From: an uncultured Acidobacteriota bacterium
Lineage (GTDB): Bacteria > Acidobacteriota > Vicinamibacteria > Vicinamibacterales > 2-12-FULL-66-21
Assembly: GCA_963844245.1 (NCBI GenBank)
Contig: CAWJNJ010000005.1
Coordinates: forward strand, 882,388 to 946,387
DNA: 64,000 nt
Direction of reading: 5' to 3'
In this document: piece by piece, positions 32,469 to 41,005 of the stretch
Numbering within the stretch: the stretch's first letter is position 1
Layout of the letters: each line of letters starts with the position of its first letter
Translations under genes and position numbers: made by a program
The notes under the pieces: generated by a model
What the model was told of the DNA's origin: nothing
What the model saw: only the letters and a program-made list of their open reading frames with translations
Database searches by the model: none

Positions 32469-33233
32469 ATGCTCGAAGCGCGCGACCTTGGGAAGTACTA
32501 CTCAGGCATTCCCGCGGTCAGGGAGGTCAACTTCACCGTCGCGCGAGGCCAGGTGCTCGGCCTGCTCGGGCCGAACGGGTCCGGCAAGTCGACGACGGTG
32601 TCGATGGTGACGTCGCTGCTCGAGCCGACCACCGGCCAAGTCCTGCTCGACGGCACGCCGATCGACCTGGACCCGCTCGGCTACAAGGCCAGGATCGGCT
32701 ATGTGCCTGAGGAAGCGCACCTCTACACCTACCTGACCGGGCCCGAGTATCTCGAGCTGATCGGTCAGCTGCGGGGGCTGGACCCGAAGGTTCTGCACGA
32801 GAAGATCGACGCATTCCTCGTCGTGTTTGGCCTGGAGGACGACCGGCATGCCACGATGTCGGCCTATTCGAAGGGGATGCGGCAGAAGATTCTCATCTCC
32901 GCCGCGCTGCTGCACGATCCCGAGATCATCGTGCTCGACGAGCCCAACTCCGGCCTCGACGTCACCTCGACGTTGATCCTGCGCAGTCTCGTGCAGGAGC
33001 TCGCCGCCGCCGGGAAGATCATCATCTACAGCTCTCACGTTCTCGAAATCGTCGAGAAAGTTGCAACGGACGTGATGATCCTGCACGACTCGCGGGTGGT
33101 GGCGCACGACTCGGTGGCGAAGCTGCGCGACCTTCTCGCGCTGCCGTCGCTCGAGCAGGTGTTTCGCCGGGTCGTCGCGGCGACGGATGTGGACCAGGTC
33201 GCGCGCGATATCGTCGGGGTGATGCGCCTGTGA
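32469..33233 (+). CDS. ABC transporter ATP-binding protein
   Basis: Walker A GPNGSGKST, signature YSKGMRQK, Walker B IIVLDEP. ATG at 32469. Confidence 0.9.
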   Translation: MLEARDLGKYYSGIPAVREVNFTVARGQVLGLLGPNGSGKSTTVSMVTSLLEPTTGQVLLDGTPIDLDPLGYKARIGYVPEEAHLYTYLTGPEYLELIGQLRGLDPKVLHEKIDAFLVVFGLEDDRHATMSAYSKGMRQKILISAALLHDPEIIVLDEPNSGLDVTSTLILRSLVQELAAAGKIIIYSSHVLEIVEKVATDVMILHDSRVVAHDSVAKLRDLLALPSLEQVFRRVVAATDVDQVARDIVGVMRL

Positions 33234-34952
33234 CCAGCGAGGCAGCGCAGACGCGACTGCTGGCCCGGACGTTCTTCGCCCGGCTGTTCGAGAGCGAGCT
33301 GATTCCGCCGGGGATCGGGCACGCTCGCGTGGTGATCTCGCTGATCGCGTTTTTCGCAGCGCCCTCCCTCATCCTGCCGCTCGTTCTGATGAAGAAGTAC
33401 GTCTGGCTGTGGACGCCGGAGTTACTACGGGCCGCGATGGCTCAGGACCGCACGATGGCGCTGCTTCTTTCCATGACCGCAACGGCCTTCGTCTCGCTCG
33501 TGATCTGGGAGAACATCTTTCCGGACCGGCGCGACAGCCGCATCCTCGGCGTACTGCCCCTGCGCCCACGCTCATTCGTTACCGCGCGCCTCTTCGCGAT
33601 CCTGGCGTTGTTCGCCCTCGTGTTTCTGCTGCCGACCGCGATCGGGTCGATTGGTTTTGGCGTCCTCGGCGCAATGACACACATGCCGGAAGGGTTCTTC
33701 GGCGTCGCGTCCGCGCACTTCATCTCGGTGGCGGCGGCGGAGGGACTGGTCTTCTTCGGGATCGTGGCGATTCAGTGCGCGCTGATGAGCGTGGCCGGGC
33801 CGACCGCCGCGCACCGGCTCGCCGTCATTCTGCAGATGGCGATCATCGTTACCGTGCTGCAAATGCCGATGGTGCTGCCGGCCGGGACGTCGTTCGCGCT
33901 CGACACAGCAGGCTCGCCAATCTGGGCGAGCACGGCGTCGGCGCGACTGCTGCCACCGCTGTGGTTTCTGTCCCTGCACGAATGGATCGTCGGCGTCGGG
34001 TATCCCGGGACAGAGCATCTCGCGCGCGCCGCCGGCGTGCTGGGGATCGGGATGCCTGTACCTCGCGCTTGGTTTCTACGCCGCGAGCTATCGCCGCCTC
34101 ACGAGGCTGGCGATCGAGGGCCGGCCGGAGCCGCCACGGAAGCGCACACCCTGGATAGGCCGTAGCATCGGTGCGCTTTCGGGGTTCCTCACTGCGGCCG
34201 CCGAGGGCGCGGGTGTTTGTGCCTTCACGCTGCGGACGCTCGCGCGCAGCCGCCAGCACCGGATGCTCCTCGCGGTGTGGATCGGCGTCGCCATCGCTCT
34301 GACGATCTCCGCCGCGCTTCCAGTGCTGGTCCGCTTCGGTTGGGCCGCGTTCGATCGTCCCCGCGAGTCGCTCCTCGTGGGGCCCTTGATCTTCGCCGCA
34401 CTCGTGCAGACAGGGATGCGGTCGCTATTCGCGATCCCGGTCGAAATACGAGCCAACTGGGCGGTCCGCATGGCAGAAACCCCTGAACTCGGGCGCACGC
34501 TGAGTGGCGCATCAGCGGCGTTGATCATCTGCGGCGTTCTTGCGCCCGCGCTGCTCGCGTTCGTGTCCGGCACCTGGCTATGGGGTGTGAAGGTCGGTCT
34601 TATGCACGCCGCGTTCAGCGGCATGATCGCGCTGGCACTGTCGCAAGTGCTGATGCTGCGTGTCGATCGAATTCCGTTCACCTGTACCTACAACCCTGGC
34701 AGCGCCAAGATCGGTAAGTTCTGGCCGCTGTACCTCGCGATCTTCTCGACGCTGACGTACGGGATGGCGGCTGCGGAATCAGAGATGCTGCGGCGTCAGG
34801 GCAAAGGCTTCCCCACCGCGATTCTTCTGTTGCTCGTCGTGACGGCCGGCTTGCGCTGGGTGCGCAGCCGGAAGACAGGAGAATTGCCCGGCCTCTGTTT
34901 CGAGGCCGAGCCGGATGACAGGCTTACAGAGGTTTCCCTTAGAGCGCACTAG
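33230..34952 (+). CDS. polytopic membrane protein coupled to the ABC ATPase; one frame break
   Basis: The GTG start overlaps the ATPase TGA (GTGA). Roughly 10-12 hydrophobic helices. The two halves (frames 33230 and 34263) join near 34045. No family recognised. Confidence 0.55.
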
Positions 34953-34986
34953 CGAACGGCGCCACGTACCGTTTTTGGAGGCAGCG

Positions 34987-35502
34987 ATGCAACTTCGTTA
35001 TTCAGTAGCCGCCAGTCTGGACGGGTATATCGCGGGACCGAACGGCGAGTACGACTGGATCCTGATCGATCCGGAGATCGATTTTGCGGCGATGTACGCG
35101 GGCTTTGGCGGGATCGTCATGGGCCGCCGGTCGTACGAGGTTTTTGCCGAAACGGGCGGCGCTCCGGGCCCGGCGCTCCCGACCTACGTGTACTCGACCA
35201 CCCTGCCGGAGGGTCAACGCGACGGCGTCACGTTCGTCCGGGATGCCGTGACGCACGTCCGCACGCTGAAAGCGAGTGGCGAAGGTAAGCCGCTCTGGCT
35301 CTGGGGCGGCGGCGAGCTGTTCCGGCAACTCGCAGCGGCCGGCCTGGTGGACGGTGTCGAAGTCGCCGTCATCCCGATCATTCTCGGCGGGGGCCTGCCG
35401 CTGATCGCCGAACCGGGCCCACGGCTGCGGCTGCAATTGCGCGCGCATCGCGTCTACAAGACCACCGGCACGCTCTTCCTCGAGTACGACATCGTGGCTT
35501 GA
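34987..35502 (+). CDS. dihydrofolate reductase family protein (RibD C-terminal domain)
   Basis: MQLRYSVAASLDGYIAGPNGEYDWI...GGGELF...; 171 aa. Confidence 0.8.
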   Translation: MQLRYSVAASLDGYIAGPNGEYDWILIDPEIDFAAMYAGFGGIVMGRRSYEVFAETGGAPGPALPTYVYSTTLPEGQRDGVTFVRDAVTHVRTLKASGEGKPLWLWGGGELFRQLAAAGLVDGVEVAVIPIILGGGLPLIAEPGPRLRLQLRAHRVYKTTGTLFLEYDIVA

Positions 35503-35570
35503 AGCACCTGGCCGTTGCGCGATGAGGGGTTAGCCTTGCGCTTGGTCCAGCGCGGCAGTATGGTCCACAG

Positions 35571-36275
35571 ATGCGACAACTGCTTCTGGTCCTCGCGCTC
35601 CTACTGATCCCCACCGGCTCCTGGGCTCAGAACCGATCCGAAGACGAGTACACACGCTACGAGCTGCTCGCGCCTGAGTCGTCCTCATTCAAGATCATCT
35701 ACGACGTGACCGCTGTCACTCCTGGAGCGGCCTTCTACTTCAACCCGATTCGCAAAGGCAGCGTCGCCAGCGATGAATCGGTGATCGACCTCGCGAGTGG
35801 GCAGCCGCTGAAGTTCGAGCAGGTATCAGGCGCGGACGCACGGAAGGCCGGCCTGGCCAACGCCGACCTCGAAGGCGAGTACATCAAGGTGACGCTGGCG
35901 CGCCCGGTGCCGCAGGGCGGCGAGGCGCGGATTCGGATCATCAAGACCTACCAGGATCCGAAGAGCTATTTCCGCCAGGGCGATCTCATCGTGTTCGACC
36001 GTCCGCTCGGGATCAAACGCAACGCCGTCGTCCTCCCTCCAGCCTACGAGTTGATCGCGTGCAACGTGCCGTCGCAGATCCTCGAGGAGCCCGACGGACG
36101 CGTCGGCATCAGCTTCATGAACACGTCGCCGGCGCAGGCACCGCTCGTGCTGCGCGCGCGCCCGGCCACCGCGCCGGAGTCAACGCCACCCGCAACCGCG
36201 CCGCCCGCAACGCCACCAGCCACGCCTGCTGTTCCAGCAGCGGCGCCGCGGCACCCGCGCGCGACGTGCCTATGA
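35571..36275 (+). CDS. hypothetical secreted protein (paralogous domain, copy 1) with Pro/Ala/Thr-rich tail
   Basis: Signal peptide MRQLLLVLALLLIPTGSWAQ. The domain ends ...DGRVGISFMN and is followed by ATAPESTPPATAPPATPPATPAVPAAA. Confidence 0.55.
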   Translation: MRQLLLVLALLLIPTGSWAQNRSEDEYTRYELLAPESSSFKIIYDVTAVTPGAAFYFNPIRKGSVASDESVIDLASGQPLKFEQVSGADARKAGLANADLEGEYIKVTLARPVPQGGEARIRIIKTYQDPKSYFRQGDLIVFDRPLGIKRNAVVLPPAYELIACNVPSQILEEPDGRVGISFMNTSPAQAPLVLRARPATAPESTPPATAPPATPPATPAVPAAAPRHPRATCL

Positions 36276-36853
36276 ACCGTATCCGCGTGAGTGAGCGCGC
36301 CTTTCAGGATCGGGAGATCGTCTACTTCTTGAAGGAGCCTTCCACGCATTCCTTCAGCCTCTATCACGACTACACCGAGAGCCGCGAAGGGACCGACAAG
36401 TATCTGAACGTCGTTCGCGTCGGCAGCACCGTCTCGGATCCATCGGCGAAGAACCTCGACACCGGGGAAGCTCTGAAGGTCGAGACGCTGAAGGGTGAGG
36501 CGATCACGAAAGCCGGGATCGACATCGGCGAGCCGGTGGCGCCCAGCTCTGAGGTCGTCGTGATCAGGTTCCCGCCGGTGAAGAAGGGCCAGTCGGTCCG
36601 GCTGCGAATCGAGGAAACCTACACGGATCCCGCCCGCTATGCGCTCATCGACGGAGTGCTGCTGTGGAACCGGAACTTCGGCCGTCCACGCAACGACGTC
36701 GTCCTCCCGGCCGGATGGCGCGTGACGACGAGCTCGATTCCAGCGACGGTGTCATTGACTGAGGACGGACGGGTCCGCCTGGCGTTCGTCAATCCGCGGC
36801 CGGATTCGATCGACGTGTTCATCAAGGCACGGCCGTCCGCGGCGCCACGCTAA
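36272..36853 (+). CDS. hypothetical protein (paralogous domain, copy 2), or the second half of a fused two-domain protein
   Basis: The ATG overlaps the upstream TGA (ATGA). The sequence aligns along its length with copy 1 (SF..Y.D.T, KAG, R.RI..TY.DP..Y, RN.VVLP, DGRV..F.N). No signal peptide of its own. Confidence 0.5.
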   Translation: MNRIRVSERAFQDREIVYFLKEPSTHSFSLYHDYTESREGTDKYLNVVRVGSTVSDPSAKNLDTGEALKVETLKGEAITKAGIDIGEPVAPSSEVVVIRFPPVKKGQSVRLRIEETYTDPARYALIDGVLLWNRNFGRPRNDVVLPAGWRVTTSSIPATVSLTEDGRVRLAFVNPRPDSIDVFIKARPSAAPR

Positions 36854-36882
36854 CAGACGCACCGGCCCTGCAGCCCCCGTTT

Positions 36883-36926
36883 GTCGTGGTAGCCCCGCTT
36901 CGTCGTGGTAGCCCCGCTTCGTCGTG
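36883..36926 (+). repeat. 19-bp tandem repeat (2.3 copies)
   Basis: gtcgtggtagccccgcttc appears twice, followed by a partial gtcgtg, just downstream of the 36853 stop. Confidence 0.8.
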
Positions 36927-36949
36927 AGAACGCTCCCCACCGGACGCGC

Positions 36950-37197
36950 CGGCGCCACATCGGCCTCGCGTCGCCTCGGCCTACGCCCGGAAAAACGACG
37001 CTCCGTCGTGTGCCTCACGATGCGGCGTCGGCTGGGGCTGGCCGAGCTTCAGTGATGATCAGGGTCGGCCTCCGGCTACTTCGTGCGCCGGCGGCGAAAG
37101 ACCGCCGCCGCCGACCGAAACGTCTCCGCGTCGTTTTTCGATCTTACGCAGCGGGCTGTCCGCATCGCGACGCGAGCCCGACATGGCGCCGCCGCTG
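36950..37197 (+). repeat. ~250-bp repeat, copy 1 of an inverted pair
   Basis: Aligns with the reverse complement of 37505-37747. A shared run tcgcctcggcctacgcccg, the block gccgagcttcagtga, and a perfect 23-mer cgcagcgggctgtccgcatcgcg are all present. Confidence 0.8.
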
Positions 37198-37504
37198 ATG
37201 TCCGCTGGTCGGACTCAAGACCCTGCGGACGAGGGCATGGCTCATGACTCGAAAAGCAAAGGGCTTATCAACCGCTCCTGCCTTTGCAGTTAGCCGATGG
37301 GAGCGCAGCGAGATCCTCGACCAGTCTTCCAAATGTGATTTCGTCCGCCAGCGGGCGCACCCGTCGCTAGTCCCGATTGCTGCTCCGTCGTACTGCCGCA
37401 ACGTCGACTAGAGATGTCAGGCTTGCTCTGGTAGCTGCTGTTGCGTTCGCCGCATCCTGACTCTTGCGACTTGCGCACAACTGCCGTCATCGCGCCAAAC
37501 TACT

Positions 37505-37747
37505 GCGCCAGCGGCATGCCGGTCCGGCGGCGCGATGCGGACAGCCCGCTGCGACAGGTCGAAAAACGGTGAGCAGGCGTTCCGATCGGCGGAGGCAGTG
37601 TTTCGCCACCGGCGTGAGGAGCGGCCTGGCGCCGACCCTGATCGTTCACTGAAGCTCGGCAAACCCAAGCCGACGCCGCGTCGTGAGGCACGCGCCGGAG
37701 CATCGGTTTTCTCGGGCGTAGGCCGAGGCGACGAGCCGGCGTGGCAC
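37505..37747 (-). repeat. ~250-bp repeat, copy 2 of the inverted pair
   Basis: Reverse complement matches 36950-37197. By eye, identity is high over the first ~105 nt and lower afterwards, with conserved blocks. Confidence 0.8.
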
Positions 37748-37796
37748 TGGCGCAGTGGTCTGGCGCGATCCGTTGACGCCCGACCTCGAGGTCGAG

Positions 37797-38201
37797 CTAT
37801 TTGGCCGACGTCGTCTTGGTCGCGCGCTCGCGCTTTTGCTTCTCCACCATCGCGGCCACGTCGGCGAGCAGCTGCTTCGCGTCGTAGACGATCCCCTCCT
37901 TGATCGTGTATTTGATGCCGCCGACGCGCTCGACCTTGCCGGTGGTGTCGTTCATCTTCACGTGTCCGTTGCCGTAGAGGACCTTGAAGTGCGCCGGTCA
38001 ATCCCTCCCTTGGCTGCGCCTGGCCTTCACGCGGCTGCGCCTGGGCGGGAGACCTGTCCGGGCTGTGCCGGCGCCGGCGTGGCCGAAGACGGCGTTGTCG
38101 GCGCTGCCTGCTGCGCGGCGATGTAGCTGCCGACGCCGTATGCAGAGAAAGACCACGGCAAACATGAGCGCAAACACGCATTTGACGATTCTGGAACGCA
38201 T
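37797..38201 (-). pseudogene. remnant of an exported amidohydrolase (signal peptide plus last ~70 codons only)
   Basis: ATG at 38201 gives MRSRIVKCVFALMFAVVFLC, with an in-frame TGA at 37998-38000. The same frame then reads FKVLYGNGHVKMNDTTGKVERVGGIKYTIKEGIVYDAKQLLADVAAMVEKQK, which from memory matches amidohydrolase-family C-termini. The ~350-aa catalytic core is absent. Confidence 0.4.
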
Positions 38202-38284
38202 GATCGGGCTCGGCGTTGTCTCAGCGCCTCACCCGATCGTCGCGGACCGTGGTCGGTCCCACCGCGACAGACTGGGCGCTGGCT

Positions 38285-40776
38285 CTACTCGTCGCGCAGG
38301 GCCACCATCGGGTCCATCCGCGATGCGCGCAGCGCGGGCAATCCGCAGGCAATTGCCGAGATGACCAGGAATGCCCCCGCCATGGCGGCGAAGGTCAGCG
38401 GGTCGGTCGGTGCGACACCGACGAGCATCGACTTCATCGCGCTCGTCAGCAGCAGTGCCGCGACGATCCCGATGCCGATCCCGATGCCACTCAGGCGCAG
38501 GCCCTGGACCACCATCATCTTGAAGATGCCGCCGCGGGCGGCGCCGAACGCCATCCGCACGCCGATCTCCGGCGTCCGCTGGCGCACCGTTGTCGAGAGG
38601 ACGCTGTAAAGGTCCGACCGCCGCGAGGACGAGCGCCACACCGGCAAAGATGCCGATCAGGACGAGCGCGAACTTTGTCTGTGCCTGCGCTTCGGCGATG
38701 AAGGCAGACATCGGCTGGACCTCGATCGCGCCGGTTCGCGGATTCAGTTCACTGACCAGCGCCTTTACCGTCGAGGCATGCGCCATCGGGTCGCCGGACG
38801 TCCTCACCACCCAGCGGTTGGCAGCGCCGAAGCCGAAGTAGCCGTCGGTCAGGAACATCGCTTCGCGGCCGTCCCTGGCGAGGTCCGTGTGCCGCTGGTG
38901 ATCGACGACGCCGATCACCTCGTAACGCTGCGGCTCGGGAGTGTTCACGCGCGCGACGATGGTCTTACCGACCGCGCTCTGCCCGGGGAACGCCTTCCCG
39001 GCCAGGATCCTGTCGATGATCAGAAGGCGCGAGTTCTGCCGGTTGTTGTCTTCTTCCGTGTAACCACGTCCTTCAATAATGCGCGTGCGCATGGCTTCGA
39101 AGTAACCCGGCTGAACCACGTGCGTTGTCGCCTGCTGAAACTTCGCCGGGTCGGCCAGCGCCTCCTCGGTGCCCCACCGTGCCAGCCCCACCCGTCCGTC
39201 GAGCGGCAGCGGCGTTGCGGCGGTGACGTCGGTGACACCAGGGAGGGCGAGCAGGCGCGTGCGCAGGTCACGCACGAACGCCTGGCGCGCCGCCGGGGTC
39301 GGCAGCCGCAGGTTCGGCGTCGAGAACGTGAGGACCTGGTTCGGATCGTAGCCGGGCGCGGCCCGCTGCAGTTCGATGAAGCTCCGGATCATCAGCCCCG
39401 ACCCGACCAGCAGCACGAACGACAGCGCGACTTCCAGGGTGACGACTGCCGTCCGCATCCAGCCGCCGGACGCGAGGCCGCCGCTGCGGCCGGACCGGCG
39501 CAGCAGGTCCATGACATCCGGGCGCGAGGCGCGGACCGCCGGCACCAGTCCAAACAGGACGACCGACACCACGCCCGCGAGCGCGGCGAATGTGACAACG
39601 GCCGGATCAACCGATACCTGGCCGAGGCGCGGAAGGTTTTCCGGCCCGAGCGCCAGCAGGACCCGTACGCCGGCCCATGCGAACGCGAGCCCGAGGCCAG
39701 CTGCGGCAATCGACAGCAGCAGGCTCTCGGTCAGGAGCTGTTGCACCAGCCGGCCGCGTGTCCCGCCGAGCGCGGCCCGCACCGCGAGCTCGCGTTCACG
39801 CGTTGCCGCCCGCACCAGGAGCAGGTTGGCAACGTTCGCGCACGCAATCAGGAGCACGAACGTGACCGCTCCCATGAGCGCCATGATGATCGGCCGCACT
39901 TCGCGCACGAGGTCCTCGTGCATCGGCTCGATCCGGAAGTTCATCCCGGAGGTCTGCTTGATGGTGAACCGCGACCGCAGGTCGGCCGCGAGCGTGTCGA
40001 CTTCACGCTGCGCCGACGCGAAGTGTCGCACCGTCCTTCAGGCGTCCGACGACGCGAAGGAACACGTCGTTGCGAGATCCAGTCGAGAAGTCGATGGCCA
40101 GCGGCGTCCAGACGTCCGGTGCGCGCTGCACGTTGATGCCCGGCGGATACAGCAATTCGAATCCGGGCTCGAGCACACCGATGACTTCGAAGGGCTGATC
40201 GCCGAGACGGACGACCTTCCCGACAACACTGGCGTCGGCGCCGAACCGCCGCTGCCAGAACTGGTAGCTCAGGATCGTGCGCGGCGGGTTCTGGGGCGGC
40301 GGTGGACCGTCTGCCTGCACACCCTCGGGCTGGGGCGGCGGCGGCGTTCCGTCGGCATCGACGAAGTCGGAACCCATCGCCATGCGGGCGCCGAGCACCC
40401 GGAACAGGTTCGGTGTTGCGCCGCCAGTCGTCACCGGCTCGGCATCGGCCTGTCCGGGCGTCACAAACACCTGGCGGCCGGTGACCAGGCCGGCCAGGCC
40501 CGAAAACTGGGTCGACGTCGTCCGCAAATCGTGGAAGTCGGGTCCGGGCCAGGGGAAATCTTCGACTTTGCGGGCGCGCAGGTCGTTGGCGACGTGAACC
40601 AGGCGCTCAGGATCGGCGTACGGCAGAGGCTTGAGCAGCACGGCGTTCATGACACTGAAGATCGCCGCCGCCGCGCCGATGCCAAGGGCAAGCGTCAGGA
40701 TCGCCGTGAGCGCAAAGGCCGGCTTCTTGACGAACATTCGAACGGCGTAGCCGACGTCGGTGGCGATGGATCTCAT
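38285..40776 (-). CDS. ADOP-family duplicated MacB/FtsX-type permease; two frame breaks
   Basis: N-terminus [53 protein letters not shown] and C-terminus ALRASRMDPMVALRDE. Junctions near 40025 and near 38620. Confidence 0.85.
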
Positions 40777-40841
40777 AGTGGTTGGATTTGACACCCTCGC
40801 GGGCCCTGCTTTGCAAGCGGACAGGGACGAGTGGCGGGGCC

Positions 40842-40954
40842 AATGGTAGATGGGAGATGGAAGATGGTAGAAGTCTGACTTCAGCGCCAGTGCTGCGACT
40901 TCAGCCGGCGCTGTAACCAATGGCTTTGCCATCTTCCATTTACCATCTACCATT
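40842..40954. repeat. ATGG+N3 heptad hairpin between two divergent ADOP permease starts
   Basis: Left arm aatggtagatgggagatggaagatggtagaag. The reverse complement of the right arm is aatggtagatggtaaatggaagatggcaaag. The ~50-nt loop holds two CTTCAGC copies and an inner cagcgcc/ggcgctg stem. Confidence 0.8.
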
Positions 40955-41005
40955 CTTCCACGCCGCGCGCCCAACTCGCGCGCGTCGTGGACCGTCTAAC
41001 AGCGC

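Noticed and set aside
36950-37747. The ~250-bp repeat pair as template/variable repeats of a diversity-generating retroelement, or as a retron
   Set aside because: The copies are inverted, not direct. Their differences are not adenine-specific. Neither copy lies inside a target ORF. No reverse transcriptase gene is present anywhere in the window.
37417-38181. 254-aa Arg-rich ORF spanning inverted-repeat copy 2 and the amidohydrolase remnant
   Set aside because: Its composition (RRRQRRLRPRRRR...) is shadow-frame junk. It crosses the repeat and the remnant in a frame that destroys the recognisable amidohydrolase C-terminus.
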